A stretch of DNA of 64,000 bases, taken from Callorhinchus milii. Lineage: Eukaryota. Below are positions 1-12,254 of the stretch, piece after piece. The notes beneath the pieces are model-generated. The model did no database searches, was not told where the DNA came from, and saw only the letters and a program-made list of their open reading frames with translations. Within the stretch, counting starts at the first letter, position 1. Every line of letters begins with the position of its first letter. Made by a program: the position numbers and the translations under genes. The stretch is taken from positions 31,932,001-31,996,000 of the forward strand of contig NW_024704743.1 in assembly GCF_018977255.1 (NCBI RefSeq). The letters are read 5' to 3'.

Positions 1-93
1 TATGTGTCCAGACCGAGAAACTGCACTTTGTTTGTGTCTGCAGTATTGTAATTAGTATTTATAATAATAGTTTGTCAGCCTGGCTCACTGGTG

Positions 94-272
94 TGTCAGC
101 CTGGCTCAGTTGGTAGCACCGTTGCTTCTAAGTCAGTAGGTAGTGGGTTCAAGCCCCACATTGGGACTTGGACTTTGCATACTCCATGTCACCCACAAAA
201 CACCCAGTCACTGTGCTCTACACTATATCCTGTGAAACACTTTGGGACGTCCCCCTGTACCAAATGTAAGGA
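94..272 (+). mobile_element. SacSINE1/Deu-type SINE, degenerate and internally deleted
   Basis: tRNA-like head ctggctcagttggtagc...gggttcaagcccca; tail ctgtgaaacactttgggacgtcc. Confidence 0.7.
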
Positions 273-554
273 TGCCTCAGGAGTCTTACAGGCATTGCTG
301 CGTTCTCATTTCAACTCTCAGTCTGGACACGTTTTCATTCTAAGATGCAAATAGCTATCGTGAAATTCTATGTCTGTTAACTGAATTTTATATTTGTAAT
401 GTAATTTGTATTCTGTAATTATTTAGAAGTGACAGATTAACTAGCTAAGCCTGCAGAATTGGCTAAGTATAAAAAATTCACTCCACTTAGTGAACAGTGC
501 AGAATAACCTATTTGTGTGTATCCATATATGGGAAAATGCAAATCCAAGAAAGA

Positions 555-750
555 ACTGAGGGAACTCATTGCCTTCACTGCTCTATCATTTATCTCCTCT
601 CTATCTGTCTTTAAATCCCACCTAAAACATACCCTTTGGCCATTGTTACAGTAATCTCCCTCACTTTTCTTTCTCAGCATCCTACACTATGACTGTAAAG
701 TACTCTGAGACGCTATCCTATGTGAAAAGCATTATACAAATGCTAGTTGA
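555..750 (+). mobile_element. Old L2 LINE 3' end remnant
   Basis: tttaaatcccacctaaaacatacc, then tail gagacgctatcctatgtgaaaagcattatacaaatgc resembling other L2 tails in the window. Confidence 0.55.
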
Positions 751-1152
751 AAGTTTTGCCATGCAAAAAATACACAAACAGTTGCAATATGTTAATTTTC
801 CCAAATAATCCCTTGCAAAAAGTTTTGTGATCACAATGCATGTTTTTGGCCTTGCCCTTGTGGAAATTCTTCTCGGTTTATAGAGAAACAAAAAAACATA
901 TTTTCTACACATCATGATTAATTTAAAAAGAACACACTATGATCTATAATATGTATTGACAACTCACCATTCCTGGAATGGCACCCTGGGCTGAAATATT
1001 TTTCTTTCATAGTCTCACTCCTCCTTCTCACATACAGCCTCTGGAGAAATGGTAAAATGGTGTTCTTGCAACTGCTAGTTTGTGAATAGTCATAGGGTTT
1101 TGTAAAGATATTGTCTAGAGAGCAGTCAGTTACCGATTAAAAACACAAAATC

Positions 1153-1375
1153 TTTGAAATTTTACAGCACAGAAGGAGGCCGTTCATATCTTTGTGTCCG
1201 TGCTTGTGCAAGCTCCCTCCACTCGAGCTGCTCTTTCCCCTACCCTTTAATATTATTTTTCCACAAGCTTTGTCCAATTTCATTTTTAAATTATTTTATG
1301 GACTCTGCTTCAACACCCATTGGTGGGAAAGTGTTCCCTATTGCTAACAACCTCTGTATGAGATAACCTCACCTT
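1153..1375 (-). mobile_element. CR1 LINE 3' end
   Basis: tacagcacagaaggaggcc is the reverse complement of the CR1 tail ggcctccttctgt seen at 5580. Confidence 0.65.
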
Positions 1376-1884
1376 TTTGTCTACAGGGATTCTGAGTCAA
1401 TCTGGATAGCGCTTAACTCTGCCTATGGAAATCTAGCTAACTGGGTCCTTGCCTCTGGTAACTGTGCGGCTGGCATGTGCTCAATACCAATAGGTGAGAT
1501 ATCTGAAATGTACCAGTTTTGTACATCTAAAGCTGTGAAACCAGTAACCACTACCTTGCTCAGGAAAGCAGCTAGTTAATGCCACAGCGCAAAACTAATA
1601 GGTCAAACATGGCTTCTGTGCCCCAGCCAAATTCATCATATGTCTTGCGAACAATGTCTGACACAAACACACAGATTAATTTAGGCATTTCAAGAGAATG
1701 GGGCCATGACCTTTACTTGGATGAACTTTAAAGTTCCATGCGTTATGAACAATGGATAAGTATCCGAGGTTTGGAACCGACATCACAGAAAATTCAGATG
1801 GTCCAAAGTAACTACAGGGTTTTTACTTGGTTCAGTACTTTGCAGTTAATGTTTGGATCATCAGAATCACATGGTATTCCCCCA

Positions 1885-2130
1885 ATTACAACAACAGCAA
1901 GAAAAGTTGTACAGCGCCTTTGACGTCGGGAGGACGTCCCAAGGCGCTGGACAATCAGTGTTTCAGATCCGAGCTGGGGGTCGGCATCGGGGAGTTTGGA
2001 GAGCAGGAGGGGAAGGAGGGTGACTGAAGGCACGGTTGAAGAGGAGGGTCGAAGGAGGCAAGGGAGGGGGCAAGGCGGAGGACTGCAGGGTGGAGTTCCA
2101 GACGGTGGGGGCAGAGCGGCAGAAGGCCCT
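1885..2130 (-). mobile_element. L2 LINE 3' end
   Basis: (caa)n tail, gacgtcgggaggacgtcccaaggcgctggaca, then ggagttccaga (LWNS, reverse strand). Confidence 0.85.
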
Positions 2131-2477
2131 TCTGGCTCTTTGACTGTAAATAATGTAAATAACTTATTTTGCCCCCAAATCGATTGGTTTTTTTGGTTCA
2201 GACTCTGAATTAATAACTAGTGACAAATCTTTCCAACAGGTTGCACAAAAGCATAGGTTTCTAAATGAAAAGGCTACAAAAGTAGTTTGGGATCAGGATG
2301 GGAATTGCTGCTATATTAACGCCCGTATGAAATTCCATCTGGTGACTCAGGGTGACATTGACCCTGTGCAACTAAAACTTGCCATCAACACTTTAAGTAG
2401 CCTTATAATGATAATAATAATTCAAATACTTGAATTTGATGTAGCGTCCTATCACATCTTAAAGCACTACACTGTAA

Positions 2478-2830
2478 ATAATAATAATCATAATAATAAT
2501 TCTTGCATTTGATATAACGACCCATCACGTCTTTGAGATGTCTTAAAGAACTTCACAAAATATACTGTAATTGACATTATATTCTGTGGGCAAAACACGG
2601 CAGCCAATTGCACACAGCAGTGTCCCACTAACAGTTGTGGACTCGAGTGACAAATCCATTATTTTTTTAAAGGAATTATTACCCCTGGAAAAGCAATCCG
2701 CCAATCGACTAACAACCAAATTCCTACTTACTGTTAGGTAAACAGAGGCGTGTGCATTAAGGAAACTTGTCCAACATTTCGCCCCGACGGGAATCAAACC
2801 CAAATCTCTTAATGCAAAATGCAAGAATTG
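2478..2830 (-). mobile_element. tRNA-derived SINE, long (CORE-containing) subfamily
   Basis: (taa)n tail, ttgcatttgatata, cctacttactgttaggtaaacagaggc, ggaaacttg. Confidence 0.8.
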
Positions 2831-3006
2831 TGGTGTGACTGTGTGTATTTGTGTTCTTGTTGATGGCTTTGGTTTTGGGCAGGAAAAGACACCATATTTA
2901 GATACTTTAATGGGTGCTGGCACAGTGCACCTGCCAGGTGATCTAACCAACATTAGCTTTTCAGCTGCCTCTGAGCTTTCTTGAATTCTCCCATTGTTCA
3001 CCCCAG

Positions 3007-3461
3007 CTGTTCCAGCTACAGTATCTTCGACATCATTTGCCAAAACATAGCTTGGATATGGCAATATTTCCAGCTGAAGAGAGCTCACCACTGTAATAGG
3101 AGAGAAATGGGTGATCAACATACGTCAAGGTCTCCAAGCACTTGTTGAACTGGATCTTCACACCACTGAAGATAACACACCATTTGTCTGCACGACATTT
3201 CTGTTTATGTCTGTCTGCACTAATTCAATTGCTGCTTATCTTTCAGATGGACGGCTCAGTATTGATTTGGAAAACCTGAAGTTTGGAATAACTTAGCTTC
3301 TATCAAAGTTACAGCTGAAGCTGAAAGTAAAGTTGAGAAGGAAAATTGAAAGCTACCCATCTCTCCACTATCATAATGGCAAGCTCTCCTGCTGGAAATA
3401 GAGCCACATCCAAGGTATGGTCGGGAAACAGATATTGAAGATACGGTAGCTGCTGGAACAG
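3007..3461. repeat. Imperfect inverted repeat, arms about 105 bp (3007-3112 / 3355-3461)
   Basis: Arm 1 ctgttccagctacagtatcttc...cttggatatggcaatatttccagc...atgggt matches the reverse complement of arm 2 ctgttccagcagctaccgtatcttc...cttggatgtggctctatttccagc...atgggt. Confidence 0.8.
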
Positions 3462-3732
3462 ACATCTCAAAATGTCTGTAGGTGCAATAGTTGCTTTGAG
3501 ACATCTGCCACTATACCAAATGTAAGGTTTATTATTATCCTGAATGATGCAGTAGAATAGCAACCATTTGTAGTACATTGCTGGAAGGGAGAGGATATCC
3601 GATACTACACTATTAGCATTTGCAGAGTATGCAGCTCAGTACAGTACAGTGGGACAGGGAAACCCCATTATCAGTTTTACCTATTAATATTTTACACAAT
3701 TACTTCTTCTTCCCCTGCTAATTGGCCATGTA

Positions 3733-4041
3733 AATAATAATAATCCTTGCATTTGATATAGCGCTTTTCACGTCATCTAGACATCTCAAAGAGCTTCACA
3801 GAATATGCTGTAAAGTGATTTGACCGTATATTTGTGGACGAAACACAGCAGCAAATTGCGCACAGCAAAAAGTCGTGGATTGAAAATGACCAATTTATTA
3901 TTGTTTTTTTTTTGAGGGATTATTATTGATTATTATTAGTGGAGTAAGGAAACTTGCCCAAGGTTTCGTCCTGCCTGGAATTGAACCCTGGTGTCTCGCT
4001 TGCAAGGCGAGTGCTCTAACCACTGAGCTACAGGACTCCAC
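3733..4041 (-). mobile_element. tRNA-Ala-derived SINE, short subfamily, full length
   Basis: Head (reverse strand) gtggagtcctgtagctcagtggttagagcactcgccttgcaagcgag; (taa)n tail. Confidence 0.9.
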
Positions 4042-4724
4042 AAAGTGTTGGAAGATGATGCCTTCAAACTAGACTACAAACTTATCTACAGATACACAGT
4101 CACTACACTTCAGAGTAAAATCTTGTGAGATGTGGAAGTAGATTCGATAAGGCACTATATCAAATGGAAGTATTATCATAGATTTATCTCAGCTTTAAGT
4201 CTTGGTAGTTTTTCTTAAAACCCTGGATATCGTAATGGCAGGAGGAGGATGTGGTTTGCAGTCTCCAGCTAGGATATACACGGTGACCAAAAAGGCGTTA
4301 TAGCATTACAATGTCTAATAAATCTCAAAGAAATAATGATATTTTTGTTTTGTTTTTAGATAATAGGGTAGATATCAAGGCTTTTTGATCGCCCTGTATT
4401 TCCAAATGATAGCTTGTTTTATTCACTTCCCAAACAACTTGGCAGCGTCTCCTGCACCTACCCTGTGAGGAACACTATCTTCTCTTCATTAAAATCTTCC
4501 TTGTGATAGCATGTGAGGGCTCCTCAGACATTTCCCAGCTGGGTTCTTCCAGAAACACTGAGAATGTATTAACTATCATGGGGTCTAATTTGAGATATTC
4601 TCCAGGCAGATTTGTTGCGATAATTGTGACTTGCAGTCTGCGAACATCAGAAGCTGTTTTATTTGCAAGATTCACAAAAAGGCTAATTTGTATTCCCCAA
4701 ATCCAGCAAAATCTGAATAATATA

Positions 4725-5063
4725 ATATTTACATTTGATATAATATTACATTATCACATCAAAACATCTAAAAGAACTTTAGAGAGTTTTCTGTAAAATG
4801 TAATGAGTGTATTTGTACGTGAATCTGTCAGCCAATTTGCAAACAGCAATGTCCTCTCAAACACTCATGAAGTTAATGACTTTTGTTTCTGGAGGATTGT
4901 TGGCCAGGACACCAGGAGAAACTCTTCTCTTTTCCAATAGTATTATAGGATCTTTAATGACCATCTGAACAGGTAGGCAGGACTTTGGTTTGATAGTTCG
5001 TTCAAAGGACGACACCTCTAACAATACAGCACTCCTCCAGCACAAAACTGGATTGTCAGCCTC
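4725..5063 (-). mobile_element. SacSINE1/Deu-type SINE
   Basis: cagccaatttgc, ttggccaggacaccaggagaaact, ggatcttt, tgtcagcct. Confidence 0.75.
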
Positions 5064-5379
5064 AACTGAATAAAAGCCGGACACCAAAACAATTTGCTTG
5101 AGCAAATTGAAATTCACAATTAATATTGCAAATTAAGCACCCAGGTGTCTATTTTTAAACCCAAGCATTTGCGTGCTGTTTTGGATTTGTTTTAATATTT
5201 ATTTTCTTTTAAACCATTTTTATTACAATTCCTTTGAATGTATACTAAATTATACGTTTGGGACAATAGAATGAGAGTCATTGCAGAAAAGAAATCTTTG
5301 GAAATGTACAGTGGAAACAAAAGAAATGCCATCTCACCTTCCCAGCAGCACTGCCTTGCATAACTTACCAGTCTCATCC

Positions 5380-5620
5380 TTCCTTTTCACCCAGAGAGTT
5401 GTTACGGTCTGGAAGGCACTGCCTGAAAGGGTGGTGGAAGCAAATTCGATATTAGCTTTCAAAAGGGAATTGGATAAGTATTTAAAAGAGGAAAACATTG
5501 CAGCACTATGGGGTAAGAGCGCGGAGTTGGATTAGTTTGTAGCTCGTTCAAAGAGCCAGCACAGGCATGATGGGCCGAATGGCCTCCTTCTGTTCTGTAA
5601 GATTCTATCATTTTATGATG
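5380..5620 (+). mobile_element. CR1 LINE 3' end
   Basis: FTQRVVTVWKALPERVVEANSILAFKRELDKYL; tail gatgggccgaatggcctccttctgttctgtaagattcta. Confidence 0.9.
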
Positions 5621-5654
5621 CTTTCCTGATTGGTTTAGGGTCCCACAGTGACAT

Positions 5655-5955
5655 AGGTCTCTGGCACATTCATCATGTATGAAGCTACAGAGTGTGTGTG
5701 ATCAGGCTATTTGACAGTGGGAGTAGCACAACTAAACCTAATCCTGAACAACCTATACACACACTAAAGCACTAGGAGGTAGTAATCCACAGAAAAAATG
5801 CTAGTCGATATTATCTCTCCCTAGTCCAGAGACACAAAGGTGGATTGGAGCACCTCACCTCACTGCTGACCTCATATCAGTTAACGCAGCACAGACCAGA
5901 GACTAAGTGTGATTCATCTCTACGGCCTTGACACATTTAACAACTGAGTGATCAG
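5655..5955 (-). repeat. Dispersed SINE-like family Y, degenerate
   Basis: caggctatttgac shared with 59668 and complementary to gtcaagtagcct at 51900. Confidence 0.5.
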
Positions 5956-6279
5956 GAGCTTTGCCACGTAGTGTTTTTGTATTTTGTGGTTTAAAATCTC
6001 CAACATCTTTGATGTGGTAAACCCTTGATCTTTACAGTGATTTGTTCTGCAGTCTAAATCCAGCCATATGCTTGGAGATTAAATGTTCATCAGTTTAGCA
6101 TTAATTGTAGATCAGCTAAAATAGTAAAAGAATCACACACATTAAGTGATTGTCTTGTTGTGCAAAAATCACCCAGTGCAAATGTTTATGAACTGCAAAC
6201 CTGTTGGAAGGAGCTACAACATGTACGTGTGTGTACATTGCTGTAAAATATGTGACATTGCATTACCAATGGTAAACGA

Positions 6280-6655
6280 CTGGCTCAGCTGGTGGCACAC
6301 TCGCCTCTGGCTCAGAAGGTTGTGGGTTCAAGCCCCATCTTTGAGGTTACAGTCAAGGCAGACAATTTAGTGCAATGCTAGGAGAGCGCTGCATTGTCAG
6401 AGGTATCATCATTCAGATGAAAAGTTGGACATGAAAAATCCCATGGCACAATTTGAAAAGAAATGGGAGTTTCTCTTGTTGTCTTGGCCAACACAATTAG
6501 CCATTCAGTTTGTGGCTGTTTTATGAGACATTGCTGACTTGTGTGAAAATTGTCTGTTGGTACAAATACACAGTCACTACACTTTACAGTAATTCCTGTC
6601 AAACTCTTTGAGACATTTCAATGATGTAAAAAGTCACTATATCAAGTGCAAAATT
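6280..6655 (+). mobile_element. SacSINE1/Deu-type SINE, near full length
   Basis: tggctcagctggtggcacactcgcctctggctcagaaggttgtgggttcaagcccca; aaaatcccatggcac; gtcttggccaac; L2-type tail. Confidence 0.85.
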
Positions 6656-7326
6656 CATTTTTACAGCAATTTTTCAATTGCAGCAATTAGAAATAACCAT
6701 TCAAGTTATTTTGAACTTTAGCTCTGAAGTTAAAGGCTGGAGCCAGAGTCAAACTTACTTGCCAATGTCTATATATCTTGCTGAGCCATGGCAGACATAT
6801 TGCTCAACCACTACAGTGGCAGTGGAGAAAAAGCAGGACATGGAAAATAAAATAAGTTTGTTAAGGAACCTTAAAGAACTTTGAGACATTTCAAAGTATA
6901 AGGTGCTATATCCAGAATAAATAACCTACACTTCTACAGCACCTTTCACGCAAAAGAATGTCTCAACTTGTTTGACGATCATATACAGATCGAGACTGAG
7001 CAGAGAATTAAGACATTTACAGCTATTGACCCAAGTCATGACTGAGGAGAGACAGTTGTAGTATTTGGGAAATTAGCATGGATCTGATCCAACTTGTGTA
7101 GCTTTATCGTATCGTGTGATCAGCATGCTTCCCTGGTTTATGATTGACACTGACATCACAACAACACACCAAAGACAGTTCCAAGTGTTTGACATCTGCT
7201 TCTCCCAGCCGATGAACATCTTCCAAGGTAAACTTTATTAACCATTTGGATCAGTTAAAGACCCAGGACAATAAGTCACAAAATCACAAGTTCAATATGG
7301 ATGAAGTCCATTTATATATATATATT

Positions 7327-7638
7327 ATAATATTCCTTGCATTTGATATAACGCTTTTCACGTCGGGAGGACGTCCCAAAGCGCTTCACAGAACACACTG
7401 TAAAGTGAATTGACTGTATATTTGTGGGCGAACGCAGCAGTCAATTGCGCACAGCAATGTCCCATAAACAGTCGTAGATTGAAAATGACCAATTTTATTA
7501 TTGTTTTTGGAGGGATTATTATTAGGGCTGTGTGTGGAGTAAGGAAACTTGCCCAAGGTTTCGCCCTCTGCCTGGAATTGAACTCAGATTTCTCGCTTGC
7601 AAAGCGAGTGCTCTAACCACTGAGCTACAGGACTCCAC
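7327..7638 (-). mobile_element. tRNA-Ala-derived SINE, short subfamily, full length, young
   Basis: Near-identical to 8361-8688 and 59330-59650. Confidence 0.95.
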
Positions 7639-7709
7639 GACAATTGTAAGGACAATTATGATTGTTATTATTGTAGTATTGTGCTTATATAATGCTACAG
7701 GACTCCATT

Positions 7710-8140
7710 TGATCTCCCCTCTCCAGAATGACCGCCCTACCATTCCCCCATCACTGCATCAAGCTGCTATTTTATAATAATAATCCTTGCATTTGATATA
7801 GCGATTTATCATGTCTTCGAGTCATCTCAAAGCGCTTCACAGAACATACTGTAAAGTGGATTCACTGTGTACTTTGTGGGAAAAACGGGCAGCTAATTGC
7901 GCACAGGCGAGGAAGATTTTAATGTGTCCGGTGATCCTGGCCTCTACCACATTTCCTGGCAACTAGTAGTTGATTATCTTCCATGTAAAAAAAAACGTAT
8001 TGGTATTTGACCTGATATTACCCTTTACAAGTCTAAACCTATGTTCTCTTGTTCTGCTGTTTCATTGCATCCTAAAGTATTGATCTGGGTTTACTTTTTC
8101 AATTCCATTAAAAATTGTATACACCTCTATTAGGTCCCCT
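7710..8140 (-). mobile_element. CR1 3' region split by a SINE tail (about 7774-7905)
   Basis: cattcccccatcactgcatcaagctgct shared with 32340; acctctattaggtcccct is a CR1 C-terminal motif on the reverse strand. Confidence 0.6.
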
Positions 8141-8204
8141 CAGATTTAAAGAAACAAACGCTATTGCATTCAGAGGATTGCTCCACTATTCAATAAATTA
8201 GAAG

Positions 8205-8360
8205 ACATTGGAATATACAGCACAGGAACAAACCATTCACCCCAACTGGTCTATGCCAGTGTTTATGCTCCACATGAGCCTCCTCCTGCGCTTCCTCAAC
8301 TAATCCTTCAAGCATAACCTTCTATTCCTTTCTCCCTCATGTAACTATCTAGCTTTCCCT
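8205..8360 (-). mobile_element. CR1 3' tail
   Basis: tacagcacaggaac...ccagtgtttatgctccacatgagcctcc, also at 40290. Confidence 0.7.
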
Positions 8361-8688
8361 TAATAATAATAATAATAATCCTTGCATTTGATATAGCGCT
8401 TTTCACGTCGGGAGGACGTCCCAAAGCGCTTCACAGAACACACTGTAAAGTGAATTGACTGTATATTTGTGGGCGAACGCGGCAGCCAATTGCGCAAAGC
8501 AATGTCCCACAAACAGTCGTAGATTGAAAGTGACCAATTTATTATGGTTTTTGGTTTTTGGAGGGATTATTATTAGGAGTGTGGAGTAAGGAAACTTGCC
8601 CAAGGTTTCGCCCCGACCTGCCCGGAATTGAACTCAAGTCTCTCGCTTGCAAAGCGAGTGCTCTAACCACTGAGCTACAGGACTCCAC
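8361..8688 (-). mobile_element. tRNA-Ala-derived SINE, short subfamily, full length, young
   Basis: Intact A box, anticodon-like stem ctcgc-tttgcaa-gcgag, B box and (taa)n tail. Confidence 0.95.
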
Positions 8689-8879
8689 AAATACATCTCT
8701 GCTATGCTAGTACTGCTATTATTGCTATAATTGCTATTACTGTTGCTGATCTTTTAGTGACAGACACAAAACACCTTCAGTAAGGATTTATCCATATTTA
8801 GAAGCTAACTTACCTTGGGTAAGTTACCTTGTATTAGACCTTGGGTTCATAAGTTTGGACTACAGGTTAATGAGACACT

Positions 8880-8960
8880 AGATACTCTATTCTGGAAGGA
8901 TGAGATTAAATGGGCTGAAGGACCTTCTTCATCTAAACCAATCTTGTGATCTTGTGATCC
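8880..8960 (+). mobile_element. CR1-type 3' tail ending in (cttgtgat)2
   Basis: atgggctgaaggaccttcttcatctaaaccaatcttgtgatcttgtgatc; reverse copy at 32278. Confidence 0.55.
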
Positions 8961-9849
8961 TCTGTACAGTAAACACAGCTGGTGTCCTACTAACTGAATG
9001 TCATGACCTGCATGCCCAACAACATCGTGGGCCCGACTACAGACATTGAGAACAGCATTCAATCAGATGATTATTGGCCTCATTCTCTGGGGAAAGAGCA
9101 GAGAATGAGACTAAATTGGCCCCATTCTCTGCTTATTGCAAGCACACATTCACACCTCCAGTGGTATTTTTGTCACTTTAGCCACAGCATATTTATATTC
9201 ATAATTCTCCAACCTCCGACAGCCTGCAATGTTCAAGATTGTTGGCACTTGCTTTCCCTTGGTAACAATTCCAAGACGTTGTTACATTTTGACTCAGCCC
9301 AGAGACAGACCATGGCTGATATGCTCCCAGCAAGTCAAGAATTATTATTTAAGCTGCACTGCACTGACACAGGGGTTTTCAGTGAGCCACAGAAACAGCA
9401 GAAATATATTTTTATATTCCTTTGAAGTCTCCTGCCATTTCTCATTGTTGAAAGCACACGGTGGACATGGTTTAAATCCTCATTAGCAGATTCTTTACCC
9501 TTATTTTCCATTCTAATGCACTGACCTCTCTCGCTTACTTTCATGAGTTTGATTTATGTAATTATTTTTCCTGCACTCATTATCTGTGTAATTGATAGCT
9601 CCTGCAAGAGTCATTCTGAACCCAATAGGCAAATCAGGGCAGTGCAGCTGAATTCTGGTAATGACACAACTGGTTTGCCAAAAGATTTCATGCTTGGCTT
9701 CAGACATTGCTCAGATTAAAATTCTAAAAGACCGGAGATTAAAAGAAAAAGGAATATTTCTACCCGACATCACTTGAAGAGCTGTCTGATCATTTTTTTA
9801 GGATGAGGAGGGGAAGATAGGTGCAGGTTCAAAACTCGGTAATGTAAAT

Positions 9850-10120
9850 CACCGTGGTATGTGAAGAATTCTTCTTGTAAAAAGGCAGCGTAGATGTGGA
9901 TATGCATCAATGATCTGCACACCATTCCCTTCTAAGGAGGTTTTCGCTGTCTCTCTTGCACTTGAAGCTGCCCTGCCCTGAGAGGAGGAGGCAGGTATGT
10001 ATGTACAGTGCTGCATGTCCAGCATTGAGTACATTGCAATACTCACCCCGGGATTTAGTGCTGCTCTAAGCATCGCACTGATGATCAAACCACAGGCATC
10101 GTGACCTGGTCCTTTAATAA
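9850..10120 (-). mobile_element. Possible decayed RT (domains 5-7) of an old LINE
   Basis: Reverse-strand GNGVQIIDAYPHLRCLFT resembles the RT domain-7 pattern G..I..V..YxYLG. Confidence 0.35.
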
Positions 10121-10669
10121 TCTGACAGAATGGGGTCCAATTTGTGGTATTTCTTCACAAAGTCGTGGGTAGGTGGGAGGAGTCACACCCATGGCCAATC
10201 TTTAGGAAGGGAGTAGTAAGTGAAATGTTTCTTAACAGATTCAGTAAAGCATTTAATAATTATCAAGCATTTTATGATCGCTGTGCTTTTCATCATTGGT
10301 TTACATTGTATAATGGGCAACAGCCTACATCCCACCCTAGTTTTTCCTACTGATCTGGATTTGGCCATCATGATAATTCTTGCATTTGATAAATGCAAGG
10401 ATTATTATTATATTATATTCCGTGAAGCGCTTTGAGACGTCTCTCAATGACGGCGCGATAAGGCAAGGTGCTGTAATAGTCAGGAGCTATTATTCAACCA
10501 ACATGTTAGCTCTTTTGGCAAAGAGCTGCAAAACATCACGATTACTCGCAAGGAATTATCTATCGTGTGCTTTGTAAAAAAAAAGTTGGCAAAATCTGAA
10601 GAACTGGCTTGTCAGAACTTCTGTAGCACCGTTGTTGACATGTAAACAAATCATTGGTGCTCTGAAAGC

Positions 10670-10895
10670 TTCCTTACTCCACACGTCTAATAATAATCCC
10701 TACAAAAAACATAACAGTAATAAATTGGCCATTTTCAATCCACGACTGTTTGTGGGACACTGCTGTAAGCAATTAGCTGCCGCGTTTTGCCCACAAATAT
10801 ACGGTCAATTCACTTTACAGCATATTCGGTGAAGCGCTTTGAGACATCTAGAAGACGTGAAAAGCGCTATATCAAATGGAAGGATCGTTATTATT
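10670..10895 (+). mobile_element. tRNA SINE, 5'-truncated
   Basis: ttccttactccacac...gactgtttgtgggacac...gtgaaaagcgctatatcaaatg. Confidence 0.85.
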
Positions 10896-11419
10896 AACTT
10901 CTTTTAGGACATTTCAAAGAGCTTCACAGGATTTATTGTGAAGTTCAGTAACTGCATTTGTTACCATCATGGCGTCCAGAGTTTTAAGAACAGGTAACAA
11001 GACCTAAAGTGGGGAAAAATTAATAATAGGCTTGCGTCTGATATAGCGCCCACCTAATCACATTGTCAAGATGTCTCAAAGCGTTTCCTAAGATAAAGCA
11101 TAGTGTCTGTGTATTTTTCAAATGAATATATATATATCAGGTGCTTCCTATGGAGCAGCAAAGGAAAATCAGAGAGAAAATTAGCCAGTTGTATTTCACC
11201 TTGCAGCTAACCAATGTCTCGACTTGTAGCACAGCACATATGGTAATATAACATTTGTTGCTGATTCAAAGCTACGTGGGCAGGTTGATAATACAAAGAG
11301 AATAAATAGCATTCAAAAAAATCTCTGCCAATTAAGCAAATGGGCTAAGAAGTGACAGATTGGTAATACTACAAATGAATATTGGAGAGAATTCAGTAAA
11401 CACTGAAAAAAACTGAGAA

Positions 11420-11670
11420 AATAATAATAATTGTTGCATTTGATATAGTGTCATCATTGAGATGTCTCGAAGCACTTTGCAGGATTTACAGTAAAGTGTA
11501 GTCGCTGTATTATTAAGCAAACGTGGCAGCCGATTTGCACACAGCAATGTTCCACAAACAGCAATGAAGTGGATGACTAATTTTACCTGGAGGATTGTTG
11601 ACCAGGACAATAGGAGAAAGGGAGAAACTCTGTTCCCTTTTCAAATAGTGCCATAGGATCAGGCAGAATT
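11420..11670 (-). mobile_element. SacSINE1/Deu-type SINE, 3' half
   Basis: ggcagccgatttgcacacagcaatgttccacaaacagcaatga; aatagtgccataggatc. Confidence 0.8.
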
Positions 11671-12254
11671 TCATCTGTGTGAAAAGGCAGAATTTCATCA
11701 TGTAATAAGATAGAATTGCACTGTGAATTTTATTTAAATGGTTTGCTTTCGTGGTTAGCTGTGACAGTGAGAATTGTTATTTTGTATTAAAAGGTAGTGA
11801 AAGCTCATGAGAATGATTTTATATTGCTGTTGGTTGCAGTGAGCAATTTCCAATTTTTAAAACCACGAGCCCCAAAATGTTTTATAAGGAAATACTGTAC
11901 CTAGACCTGTGTGATAAGAATTTCTGAATTTGCATTCATGAAAGCAGAGTTATGGTTTTGTTGAGGTGTTCGGAACATTTGTCAAATACTGAATATAACA
12001 GACAGAATAATCTCACGAGATCACTATGGCTGGATATTTTCCCATGGGGAAAGATGGAGAATGAAATAGACAATTATTGCAGGCTTTTCTCACATACCAC
12101 CTGCTCTGCAACAACCTTGGAGTCAGAAGCTTCTATTCTAATAGATGGAGGATAGCCTGTGAATGTGTACCTCCTATACAGTGATTTGAGAAGTGCTCCC
12201 AACATGAAAGACACTATATCAATTGCAAGGATTATTTATTTATATATCCCAGCA

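Noticed and set aside
2543..3121. 192-aa ORF
   Set aside because: Half is SINE sequence and the rest overlaps the inverted-repeat arm; no recognisable domain
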